The position numbers were made by a program, and so were the translations under genes. Source: Desulfatiglandales bacterium (lineage in GTDB: Bacteria > Desulfobacterota > DSM-4660 > Desulfatiglandales > Desulfatiglandaceae). Taken from it: 64,000 bases of DNA. Shown one piece after another: positions 18,976-28,036 of this stretch. Numbering within the stretch: the first letter of the stretch is position 1; every line of letters starts with the position of its first letter. The notes under the pieces were generated by a model that did not search any database, was not told where the DNA came from, and saw only the letters and a program-made list of their open reading frames with translations. The DNA lies in assembly GCA_963662465.1 (NCBI GenBank), contig OY759599.1, positions 7,552,001 to 7,616,000 of the forward strand, given 5' to 3'.

Positions 18976-19587
18976 ATGAGAATACTTTGTGCATATCTCA
19001 TCCTTGCCGCCTTTTGCGGATGTGCAACGCCCACCCCTCCCCGGAACGTGGATAACATCTGTGAGATTTTCAGGGAGAATGACCAGTGGTATGACGATGC
19101 GGCGGATGCCTCCAAAAAATGGGGCATTCCCATTCCCGTCATGATGGCCATCCTGCACCAGGAATCAAAATATGTGGCGGATGCCAAACCCCCTCGCACC
19201 ACCTGCTTGTGGATTTTTCCGGGTCCCAGGCCTTCGTCGGCTTTTGGGTATGCTCAAGTATTGGATGCGACCTGGGAGGAATATCAGGAAAGTGCGGACA
19301 ATTCCTGGGCTGACAGGGACGATTTCGGAGATGCCGTCGACTTTGTGGGGTGGTATTGTTCATTGAGTGTGAAAAAGTGCGGGATATCCAAAGACAATGC
19401 GAGAAATCTCTATCTCGCCTATCATGAAGGTCGCGGCGGTTATAACCGAAAAACCTATGCGAAAAAGGCATGGCTTTTGAGGGTGGCGGGCAGGGTTCAG
19501 AACAGGGCTGTAAAATATCGAGGTCAGCTGGCAGCCTGTGAAGATGAGTTCAGGGACAAAGGCGGTTGCTGTTTGTGGCCTTTTTGA
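18976..19587 (+). CDS. SLT-like transglycosylase lipoprotein
   Basis: Lipobox-like FCGC, HQES, SSAFGYAQ, YLAYHEG. Confidence 0.85.
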   Translation: MRILCAYLILAAFCGCATPTPPRNVDNICEIFRENDQWYDDAADASKKWGIPIPVMMAILHQESKYVADAKPPRTTCLWIFPGPRPSSAFGYAQVLDATWEEYQESADNSWADRDDFGDAVDFVGWYCSLSVKKCGISKDNARNLYLAYHEGRGGYNRKTYAKKAWLLRVAGRVQNRAVKYRGQLAACEDEFRDKGGCCLWPF

Positions 19588-19597
19588 TTGCTCTGCT

Positions 19598-20254
19598 CTA
19601 CTTTGAATCTCTTAGCAATGTCTCGGCTTTTTTCTGAGCGTTGCCAATGGCGCTTTCCACTCGGCGGCAGTACTCGGAGACTTTCGAAGCATCGGCGTTT
19701 TTTGGGAAGTAGAGGGGTTTGTCAACCCATACCACCTGGCGGGAAAAGGGGAGGGGAAGATAGGCTCGATTCCACGATTTTTTAAATACATATCGGCTTG
19801 ATCCCGCCACCCCTACCGGGAAGAGGGGAGCGCCTGATTTTTGAACCACCCGGACAATCCCCGGTTTGCAAACGCCGCGAGGACCCTGGGGGCCGTCCAC
19901 CGCCAGCACGACCGCGTGACCGTCTCTCACCGCCTTAATGAGTGCCAGGAGCCCGCCCACGGCGCCTCGGGAAGAGGATCCCCTTGTTACGCGATAGCCC
20001 AGGGCAGTGGTGGCTTTTGCCATGATTTCCCCATCTTTGGAATGACTCACCAGGATGGTGGGGCCGATGTGTCCGAAACGGGGGATGAGCGCCAGCTCAT
20101 CGCCATGCCAGTGAGCGATGCCGCAGGGACCCCTTGTGACTTGTTCTATCCCGACGGCCTTTGTGCGAACCAGCCCGGATACCCACTTTAATGTTTTTGC
20201 CGCCCATATGGGCCAGCGTTTGTGAAACCACTGTTTTACATAGGATTCATACAT
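19598..20254 (-). CDS. DUF374 lysophospholipid acyltransferase family protein
   Basis: HWHG, S.SKDGE, RGSSSRG, DGPQGP. Confidence 0.88.
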   Translation of the reverse strand: MYESYVKQWFHKRWPIWAAKTLKWVSGLVRTKAVGIEQVTRGPCGIAHWHGDELALIPRFGHIGPTILVSHSKDGEIMAKATTALGYRVTRGSSSRGAVGGLLALIKAVRDGHAVVLAVDGPQGPRGVCKPGIVRVVQKSGAPLFPVGVAGSSRYVFKKSWNRAYLPLPFSRQVVWVDKPLYFPKNADASKVSEYCRRVESAIGNAQKKAETLLRDSK

Positions 20255-21362
20255 GGTTTATCGTTCCATTTTCGGTGAGTCCTTGATCCGCGGGAATCCA
20301 GTGCATTCCTTTTCGATTCAGCCCCACCGGGATTTTATGCCCCAGTTCCAGGTTTGTCGGCAGTTCGTCCATTTCTCGCCATGAGAGGGTGGTTATCAGT
20401 TGTTCTCCCTCAGTGTGTTTCAAGTGGATTTTCATATGCCCTTGGGCACGTTCAAGCCCGGTAATGGTCATGGGAAACATGGCCAGGTAGTTGCCGTTAT
20501 GGTTTTTGTTGGGAAAGAGTTGGATGGCCCAGTTGGGTATGATCAAACAAATTGCCTTTTCAGTTTCCTTAGGCGATGCTGAAAAAACGGGCGGATCACC
20601 GGGTCCCAGGCCCTGAAGGAAAAGCTGCTCGCCGGCGCCGAGTCTGGCGGGAATGAAATTCTCAATTCCCAGAAGTTCGGCAACAAATCGATCTTTGGGT
20701 TGCTTCAAAATTGCTTCGGGAGTGCCTTCTTGAATGATGGCGCCGTTTTTCATGACCATGATGCGGTCCGCCAGGAAGAAGGCTTCACTGAGATCATGGG
20801 TAATGTGGATAATGCTGACGCCCAGTTCCCTGTGGATGCGTTTCAACTCCCCGCGAAGCCGGTCCCGGGTCAGGCGATCCAGCGCACTGAGCGGTTCATC
20901 CAGGAGCAGCATGTGGGGGTCCAGTACCAGAGCCCTGGCCAGGGCGACTCGCTGACGTTCTCCCCCGGAGAGAAGTTTTGGCTTTCGCGTAAGGATGGTT
21001 TGGATGTCCAGAAATCGGGCCATTTTCGATACGGTCCCCGCAATTTCACGTGCGCCTTTTTTTTTCAGTTTCAGACCAAAGGCAATATTATCGAAGACTG
21101 TCAGATGGGGAAACAGTGCATACTCCTGATAGACGACCCCCAGGTGTCGTTTTTCAGCCGGCATATGGGTAACGTCCATCCCTTTTAGAAATATCCGTCC
21201 CGATTCGGGATGGTGCAGCCCGGCAATGGTTTCCAGCAAAACGGTTTTGCCCGTGCCCGTGGGCCCCACCAGCACCAGATATTCACCTTGGTCGACTCTC
21301 ATGGAGACGTCGAAAAGGGTGAAATTTCCCAATTGAAGCCTGACGCGTTCAAGCCTGAGCAA
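20247..21362 (-). CDS. wtpC: Tungstate/molybdate ABC ATPase
   Basis: GPTGTGKT, LSGGERQR, LLLDEP; in operon with wtpA. Confidence 0.85.
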   Translation of the reverse strand: MLRLERVRLQLGNFTLFDVSMRVDQGEYLVLVGPTGTGKTVLLETIAGLHHPESGRIFLKGMDVTHMPAEKRHLGVVYQEYALFPHLTVFDNIAFGLKLKKKGAREIAGTVSKMARFLDIQTILTRKPKLLSGGERQRVALARALVLDPHMLLLDEPLSALDRLTRDRLRGELKRIHRELGVSIIHITHDLSEAFFLADRIMVMKNGAIIQEGTPEAILKQPKDRFVAELLGIENFIPARLGAGEQLFLQGLGPGDPPVFSASPKETEKAICLIIPNWAIQLFPNKNHNGNYLAMFPMTITGLERAQGHMKIHLKHTEGEQLITTLSWREMDELPTNLELGHKIPVGLNRKGMHWIPADQGLTENGTINHV

Positions 21363-22154
21363 CTAGGTCTCCTTTCGGGGTTCGGCCAGCCATCTGAGGA
21401 GCGCAAAGATCACCAGGCAGATGAGAATGAGCAGAACGGCCACGGGTTTGGCATATTTGAGCCCATAGGCCTGAAATCGTTCCCAGATCAGGATGGGGGC
21501 GGTCATGGGGTGATAGGCAATGATAATGACGGCGCCGAACTCGGAAATTCCCCGGGCCCACATCATGATGGCCCCCGAAAGGATGGGTCGCCAGGCCAGG
21601 GGAAGGCTAACCCTGAAAAATGCCTGACGGGGTGAAGCACCCAGGGTTCGCGCCACCCGCTCCAGCTTTGGGTCGACCCCCAAAAAGCCGTCCCGGGCGG
21701 CATTGACCAGAAATGGAATGCTTACATAGGCCATTGCCAGGCTGATGCCCGCCTCCGTGCCCACAAAACTCAGACCCATTGTGCCGAGGGTTTTCCCCAC
21801 AAAAGAGGCTCGTCCGAAGACCATGAGCAATGCAATGCCCGCGGCCGTATGGGGAATCATTACCGGCAGATCCACAAGTCCCTGCACCAGGCTTTTGCCG
21901 GGAAAATCAGTGCGGGCCAGGAGATAGGCCAGGGGAATCCCCAGTATCAGACAGGCGATGGTGGCCCACAGGGCCGACCGAAGGGTCAGAAAGATAGATG
22001 ACATTACCTCCCGTTCGGCCATGGTGGAAATAAGGGCCTCGGGGTCGGCGCTCGTAATCATTCGGAGCAGGGGAAACCCAATAAGAATGACCAGAAGGGC
22101 GCTCGCAGAAAATAAAACAGCTTTAAAAGGCCGCCTGCCGAGGAAGGGGTGCAT
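21363..22154 (-). CDS. wtpB: Tungstate/molybdate ABC permease
   Basis: DLPVMIPHT.AG, ARTLGAS, WARGISEFGA. Confidence 0.88.
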   Translation of the reverse strand: MHPFLGRRPFKAVLFSASALLVILIGFPLLRMITSADPEALISTMAEREVMSSIFLTLRSALWATIACLILGIPLAYLLARTDFPGKSLVQGLVDLPVMIPHTAAGIALLMVFGRASFVGKTLGTMGLSFVGTEAGISLAMAYVSIPFLVNAARDGFLGVDPKLERVARTLGASPRQAFFRVSLPLAWRPILSGAIMMWARGISEFGAVIIIAYHPMTAPILIWERFQAYGLKYAKPVAVLLILICLVIFALLRWLAEPRKET

Positions 22155-22171
22155 GGGATGGATTCTCGAAT

Positions 22172-23152
22172 CTATCGGGACGCTGCCAGTTTTTGAAGCA
22201 ATGGCGGCAAGCGGTTCAGATCGCCCGAGGCTCGAGGCGGTGAAATGGGCGGCTGTCCATTTTCCCGCATGATTTTCTGACCTTCCGGGCCCACCACGAA
22301 GGCCACAAAGCGGATGGCCATATCTCGGTTGGGCGCATTTTTAGGAATCGTAATCCCATAAACCATTGGTTTACCGGTTTTTGTAATAAAATCACCCGGC
22401 TTTTTGCCGCTGATTTTGACGGAGGCCTGATTGTAAAATTTTTCGTAGCGAACGGATTTAAGGTTGATTTGATTCGGAAGGACCACGAAAGGCATTTTAT
22501 GTTGTTCGCAGACGGAGCGGTAGATGAAGAGATAATCGATTTCACCCACCTCCAACAAGGCGATGAGGTCGGTTTCCTTGGGTCGAATGTTCTTTTTTGG
22601 ACAACCCGCCACGAGTTGTGAGTATAGTCCCGGATCTTTATAGTATTTCTCCGCAAGCTGCCAGACCAGCAGGGTCCGATACCCGCAGGGATCGCTGTTC
22701 GGGTCCGAATGGCCATACTGGGTCCCTTTTTGAAGCAGGGTTTTGTACCAGTTTTGGCCATTGATGGCTTTGGCCCCGGGTGCGTCGGGCCGGTAGGCAA
22801 TGGCCATTTCATTGGTGGCAAAGGAGATATTCCAGTCCGCATGTTGGGGAATCAGGAGTTCGTCGATAACCGTAAAGTCCGCGGAGGCCATGACGTCGCA
22901 AGGGCGTTTCAGGTCCGTGATTTTTCGAGCGCAGGTGCGGGAACCCGCGGCCTCCAGGTCAATGTTCACCTGGGGATACTGTTGGCTAAAGGCTTTGGCC
23001 AGTGCTTTAAACGGAACGGCAAGGGAACCCGCATGAAACACCATCAGATTTTCTTTGGTTTCTGCATAAACTCCTTTAGCGGAAGGCGAAAAAAGCGTGG
23101 TCAGAAATCCCACGGCTGCGAGGCATAGTGACAAACGGAAAATTCTACGCAT
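22172..23152 (-). CDS. wtpA: Tungstate ABC substrate-binding protein
   Basis: Signal peptide, HAGSL, GS...ARKI, ASAD, DPNSDPCGYR, RPKETDL. Confidence 0.88.
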   Translation of the reverse strand: MRRIFRLSLCLAAVGFLTTLFSPSAKGVYAETKENLMVFHAGSLAVPFKALAKAFSQQYPQVNIDLEAAGSRTCARKITDLKRPCDVMASADFTVIDELLIPQHADWNISFATNEMAIAYRPDAPGAKAINGQNWYKTLLQKGTQYGHSDPNSDPCGYRTLLVWQLAEKYYKDPGLYSQLVAGCPKKNIRPKETDLIALLEVGEIDYLFIYRSVCEQHKMPFVVLPNQINLKSVRYEKFYNQASVKISGKKPGDFITKTGKPMVYGITIPKNAPNRDMAIRFVAFVVGPEGQKIMRENGQPPISPPRASGDLNRLPPLLQKLAASR

Positions 23153-23180
23153 GATGAAAACTCCCTATGTGAGTGTCTTA

Positions 23181-23276
23181 TTTCCTGAAACCCTGTCATA
23201 AAAAACAAGAAATTCATTGGCGGAATAACTTAAAACCTAAAACCTAAAACTTAAAACCGCAGTTTCCCGCTTTAGG
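23181..23276 (-). repeat. ~96-bp intergenic element with heptamer repeats (copy 1; copy 2 at 40304-40401, +)
   Basis: Its reverse complement aligns with 40304-40401. Confidence 0.88.
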
Positions 23277-24189
23277 GTTCTTTGGGGAAAAGCATTTTTC
23301 CTGAAAAACGCAAATCATATCCTGACAGATCTTCACCCAGCTTTTTGAAGGACGGTTCGTTCAAAAAGCTCAGGAATTGTTGCACGCCTTTTTCGAAAAA
23401 ACGTTCCTTGAGGATCAACAGATCAAAACTCTCCCATTTTATGGGAACAAAATCCAGACCCAGGAGTTGGGCTACAGGCCGGATACAGGGGCCGGTTTGT
23501 GCCCGACCGGAAAGAATTTCCAATCCCAGGTCGAGGTGCCGGGATACTTCCCGGTCATAACCCTCAATTTTATTCCCTTCAATCCCGGCCTTGGCCAGTT
23601 CTTCGTCCAGAAGCAGACGGGTTCCGGTGCCCAAAGGGCGGTTGATAATTTTGAGGCCGGCCTGATTGAGGTCTGCTACGCATGCAATACCCCTGGGGTT
23701 GCCTTTTTCAACCAGGAGGCCCTGTTCCCGGCGACAAAAATTGATAATGCCGGGCATCTGAGCCAGTTCGTCCCTGGCAAATCCAAAATTGTATTCCTGC
23801 CCGTCTTTCTGGATCAGGTGGCTTGAAGCCATATGGCAATGATTCCGTCTGAGGGCTCGAATACCCCCAAGGCTTCCCATGTTCCCGAATGCGACCAATT
23901 CTTCCGGGTGGCGCTGGTTGATCAGCGAGATGGTTCTGTCCAGAAGAATATCGTTGCTGCCGGCAATAATGAGCAGGCCGTCGTAGGGCGGCAGCGGATC
24001 CAGCTGTTTGGGGAAATTGATGGTCTGCGCTTCCAGCCATTGCTCTACCAGATGGCGGGGAAAGAGCCATTTGCCCGTGGCTTTGGTGGCGGGGAGACCC
24101 TTTTCGGAAATCAGCGTATAAACCATTTTTTCGTTGATATTTAAAAATTGCGCCAGTTCACGGGTGTTCAGCAGTGGTTTCTCCTCCAT
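23272..24189 (-). CDS. Excisionase-HTH + periplasmic-binding-like domain regulator (Mo/W responsive family)
   Basis: N-terminal LLNTRELAQFL...GKWLFP; AGSND, GSLGG, NRPLGTGTR. Confidence 0.88.
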   Translation of the reverse strand: MEEKPLLNTRELAQFLNINEKMVYTLISEKGLPATKATGKWLFPRHLVEQWLEAQTINFPKQLDPLPPYDGLLIIAGSNDILLDRTISLINQRHPEELVAFGNMGSLGGIRALRRNHCHMASSHLIQKDGQEYNFGFARDELAQMPGIINFCRREQGLLVEKGNPRGIACVADLNQAGLKIINRPLGTGTRLLLDEELAKAGIEGNKIEGYDREVSRHLDLGLEILSGRAQTGPCIRPVAQLLGLDFVPIKWESFDLLILKERFFEKGVQQFLSFLNEPSFKKLGEDLSGYDLRFSGKMLFPKEP

Positions 24190-24445
24190 GGCGTTTTACC
24201 CTCCCTCTTTGCAGCGACAAGAACATACCCGCTTTTATAAATCAATAACGGTCATGGGTCAAGAAAAGTTCCAAAAGGGTGTTTATGGTTAATTTTGATG
24301 CTTTATGGTGTGTATATGATTTGATGTATAAAATGCTTGACAAGAAATGACTCAAAAAGGTAGGAAGTCCTGATCTTTTCACCGCCCAACGAAATCAGTA
24401 TCCGGTAGGGGCAAGCGCTGAGTCCGCAAGACTGATAATAAAATA

Positions 24446-25189
24446 ATGAACTCTATTTCAACAGGATATGTAACTGTTTTTTTCCTCTACGCTCTGACGC
24501 TCTTCACTTGTCTCATGAGATGGAACAGCATTTCCTGTTTACTGTCCCTTATGGCCCTGGTCATAAATGGATTGATTCTGGTGGGGATCTCAATGGTGTC
24601 CGGTCAGCCGCCTGTTTTTGAAATGTTTGGCGGTTTGCTGTTTGTGACATTTGTCCTCGGTCTCCTCGGCGTCTTCTGTTGCCGGGTCGAAGAAGGAAGA
24701 TGGAACGTTAAGGCCTGGGTCTGGATTGAGGTCCTCCTGCTTTTCGGCATTACCCTGTTTTTTTCAAGAGAGCCTCCCCCCCACCGATACCATCACACCT
24801 ATCCCTGGGTGGTTCTGTTTCACGGGTTTAGGTGCCTTGCACTCTCATTCGCACTCTTTTCATCTGCTCATTTCATCCGGTTTAGAAGCGAACCGGTGCG
24901 CAAGAGGGTCAATAACCCGCTGTTGGCGCAAGGCCGGAATTTTCTGCTGCTCAGCGCGGTTTCCTTTCTCTGTGGCGAATACTCGGGGATTATCTGGTGT
25001 CAGAATGGATGGGGTGATTTCTGGCACTGGAGTCCCGCGTTCTTTCAATCGACATTGATCATCCTTTGTTTGATGGTTGCGTTTCATATCCCCGGCAAGA
25101 ATTCCCGGTCGGACGACCTTCGATCGGTTGTTGCGGTTATGACCCCCTTTCTGATGCTTGCTATAAAGGTTGTCAAGGGCTTGTCATGA
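24446..25189 (+). CDS. CcsA/ResC-like cytochrome c biogenesis membrane protein
   Basis: Polytopic; W-rich WCQNGWGDFWHWS motif; flanking His residues. Confidence 0.75.
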   Translation: MNSISTGYVTVFFLYALTLFTCLMRWNSISCLLSLMALVINGLILVGISMVSGQPPVFEMFGGLLFVTFVLGLLGVFCCRVEEGRWNVKAWVWIEVLLLFGITLFFSREPPPHRYHHTYPWVVLFHGFRCLALSFALFSSAHFIRFRSEPVRKRVNNPLLAQGRNFLLLSAVSFLCGEYSGIIWCQNGWGDFWHWSPAFFQSTLIILCLMVAFHIPGKNSRSDDLRSVVAVMTPFLMLAIKVVKGLS

Positions 25190-26037
25190 GAAAATTCTTT
25201 GACCAACTCTCCTCCATGCAGTTTACGATCGTGATATTGAGTGTCCTTATGCTGTGGTTTGCCTGGGGAATTCTTCTGGCTGAGTCGGATGCTTTCCGTC
25301 AGGGATTCAATGTCATGGACCGTTTCCTGGTCCCTGAATGGTTTTCCGTAGCTGGCAGGCTGCCTTTTTTGCTGAAGTTTTGGTTTGTCGGGCTCTGTTT
25401 GATAATGGGCATTCTCGGGATCAATCTGGTTTTCTGTTCTTGGACCAAGATCCTGAAAATGATGCGAAACAAACAGGCCGCTTCTCGATTTGTTATGCTG
25501 ATCATTCATATTGTGTTCGGCCTTGTGGCCTTAGGTCACTTCGGGAGTTTCTTGCTGGGCTATCGGTACGAAAATGTAAAACTGCGGGTGAATCAGTCTT
25601 TTACGCTTCCCCAGGGGCATGTTGTAACCGTCAAGGACGTTCATTTTGGAGATGATATGAAACTTCTTTACCAGCGACCCAGGGAACGTACCCCCGGGGC
25701 CTTTCATCCGGAAGTGAATTTTTGCGAGGTGTCGCTTGCCCAAAATGGAAGTATTGTGGCCGGAGGAAAGGCCTATTTCCTGAGGCCGTTTATCTGGAAA
25801 GACATTCAGGTAACCCTGAAACGCTTTACCCCGCCCAAAGGCAGGGTAAACCGGGATCACGGCGTTCAAAAACCAGGGGTCAGGCTGATCATCAGCAGCA
25901 ACCCCGTCAAGCCTTTTGTGTTTGTCCTGTTCCCGGTCATGATTGCCGGAATAGGTCTTTATATGGTGATGACGTGGCGGACACGCCCATCCCAAAAATC
26001 AAATTCAATGGTGAAACAGGAGGAAAATGAAAAATGA
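25186..26037 (+). CDS. ResB/CcsB-like membrane protein
   Basis: Three N-terminal TMs, INL.FCS, IHIVFGLVALGH, periplasmic loop, NP before the last TM. Confidence 0.65.
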   Translation: MRKFFDQLSSMQFTIVILSVLMLWFAWGILLAESDAFRQGFNVMDRFLVPEWFSVAGRLPFLLKFWFVGLCLIMGILGINLVFCSWTKILKMMRNKQAASRFVMLIIHIVFGLVALGHFGSFLLGYRYENVKLRVNQSFTLPQGHVVTVKDVHFGDDMKLLYQRPRERTPGAFHPEVNFCEVSLAQNGSIVAGGKAYFLRPFIWKDIQVTLKRFTPPKGRVNRDHGVQKPGVRLIISSNPVKPFVFVLFPVMIAGIGLYMVMTWRTRPSQKSNSMVKQEENEK

Positions 26038-28025
26038 GATTGAAAAGCAGTCTATTGTTGTGGATGGCTATGTCCTTTATGATGAGCGTCCCGGCCCTGG
26101 CCCAGGAAGATAATGCGAGTCCCATTCCGGAAGTGGGAGCGGTGTTTACCCTCGGCGAGGTGGTGGTGACCGGGGAAAAGGATGCGGTGTCGCAAATCGC
26201 TACAACCGATATCATCAGTGAGGAACGGATCGATCTGACCACGTCGGAGAACGTTGCTGAAGCCCTCGACACACTGCCCGGCGTTTTTTTATCCGTGGGG
26301 ACCAAAAACGAGCAGAATTATACGGTCAGGGGATTTGATCAGCGGTATGTCCCGATATTTTTCGATGGGATCCCTATTTATGTTCCCAATGACGGCTATG
26401 TGGATGCGGGTAAACTGCCCACGTCCAATATTTCGGAGATCAAACTGACCAAGGGAAACAGCTCGGTGCTGTACGGCCCCAACGCCATGGGTGGTGTCAT
26501 CAATATTCTGTCCAAAAAGCCTGAAAAGAAAATAGAAGTCGATTTCAACATGGGGATGCGTCAGTCCAATGCTGTGAATACCAACCTTTATTTGGGTTCA
26601 CGGATGGACCGGTTTTATGTGGCTTTGAACGCGGGGTTTCTCGATTCAGAGGGATACCGGGTGTCCAATGATCTGACCCCCGGACCGAATCAGGGGCATG
26701 GCACCCGGAACAATTCCGATATTCTACAGAAAAATGTCGCGTTCAAAGCAGGGTTTACACCTGTAGCCGGGCATGAATACGCACTTGGCATCAACCACAT
26801 TAACAGTGAATGGGGGCTGCCACCAGATGCCTACGCTACTTCGCGGCCCGAACTTAAATGGTGGCGATTTACCGAGTGGGAGAAGGATACCTATTATTTT
26901 ATCGGTGATTCCAAAATAACGGACAACCTCAGCACCAAGATACGGATTTACCATGATACATACTATAACGTCCTCGATTCCTATGACGATAATACCTATT
27001 CGACACAGACGAAAAAATACGCTTTTCACAGCACCTACGATGATTTCAGCAACGGTGGTTCATTAACCGTTCGGGGAACTTATATTCCACAAAACATCAC
27101 GAGCTTTTCCTTCCATTATAAGGATGACGTTCACCGGGAGCAGGATGACAGGGGAGAGACCTGGGAGCGTTATGAAACAGAACTCTTTTCATTCGGACTC
27201 GAAGATGATTTTGAGATTATCGAGAACCTTTCCCTGGTGGTGGGGGCCGGCTATGACATTCAGAAACCCAAATATGCCAATGGTGAATCGCTCCGCGATG
27301 ACGATAACACCTTCAACCCCCAGGCCGGTATTCACTGGACTTGTTTGAAGGATCTGGGACTTCATTTTTCGGTGGGGAAAAAGACGCGATTCCCGACGTT
27401 GTTGGAACTCTATTCCGGGCTTCTCGGCAAAAATGAGCCCAATCCCAATCTCAACTCGGAAGAGGCTATTAATTATGAAATCGGTGCTGAAAAACCCCTG
27501 CCCGGAAGAAATTTCGTGGGCCTTAGCCTGTTCTATTCCGATGTCAAGAACTTGATTGTGAATAAAGAGATTGAAGGCGGCATCAACCAATATCAAAATG
27601 TTGGAAAGGCTGATTTGAAAGGGATTGAGCTCAGCTTCAAGTCTGGATTTTTCAGTAGAAACATGTTTGAGCTAAGTTATACATATCTAAACTCAAAAGA
27701 CTGCTCCCCGAACAGGACCAGCGACCATTTAGAGGAGCGTCCGGAGAACAAGCTCTATATCAGCGATTTGTACAACCTGACCGACTGGCTCTCCCTATTC
27801 GGCAAGTTGGAATACTATTCCAAACAGTGGTATGAGGACCCTGACACGGGATGGCAGGAATTAGATGGTTTTGTAACCTTTGATTTCAAGGTTATCGGCT
27901 CCTTCTCTGAGGTCTTTACCCTTGAGGCCGGGGTCAAAAACATGTTTGATAAAAACTATTTTCTTTCTTCCGGGTATCCGAGAGAAGGCCGGACGTTTTT
28001 CGGGATGCTCAGGGCAACCTTTTAA
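26034..28025 (+). CDS. TonB-dependent receptor
   Basis: Signal peptide, LGEVVVTG, plug (SVLYGPNAMGGVINI), NMFDKNY, C-terminal F. Confidence 0.95.
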   Translation: MRLKSSLLLWMAMSFMMSVPALAQEDNASPIPEVGAVFTLGEVVVTGEKDAVSQIATTDIISEERIDLTTSENVAEALDTLPGVFLSVGTKNEQNYTVRGFDQRYVPIFFDGIPIYVPNDGYVDAGKLPTSNISEIKLTKGNSSVLYGPNAMGGVINILSKKPEKKIEVDFNMGMRQSNAVNTNLYLGSRMDRFYVALNAGFLDSEGYRVSNDLTPGPNQGHGTRNNSDILQKNVAFKAGFTPVAGHEYALGINHINSEWGLPPDAYATSRPELKWWRFTEWEKDTYYFIGDSKITDNLSTKIRIYHDTYYNVLDSYDDNTYSTQTKKYAFHSTYDDFSNGGSLTVRGTYIPQNITSFSFHYKDDVHREQDDRGETWERYETELFSFGLEDDFEIIENLSLVVGAGYDIQKPKYANGESLRDDDNTFNPQAGIHWTCLKDLGLHFSVGKKTRFPTLLELYSGLLGKNEPNPNLNSEEAINYEIGAEKPLPGRNFVGLSLFYSDVKNLIVNKEIEGGINQYQNVGKADLKGIELSFKSGFFSRNMFELSYTYLNSKDCSPNRTSDHLEERPENKLYISDLYNLTDWLSLFGKLEYYSKQWYEDPDTGWQELDGFVTFDFKVIGSFSEVFTLEAGVKNMFDKNYFLSSGYPREGRTFFGMLRATF

Positions 28026-28036
28026 GGGGACTTATC

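Noticed and set aside
23229..23257. TAAAACY tandem array as CRISPR
   Set aside because: Period of 7 bp, no spacers, no cas genes.
24340..24445. Cobalamin or Moco/Tuco riboswitch call
   Set aside because: Only a GAGTCCG fragment resembles a B12 box and the core conserved elements are not visible; kept only as a low-interest candidate.
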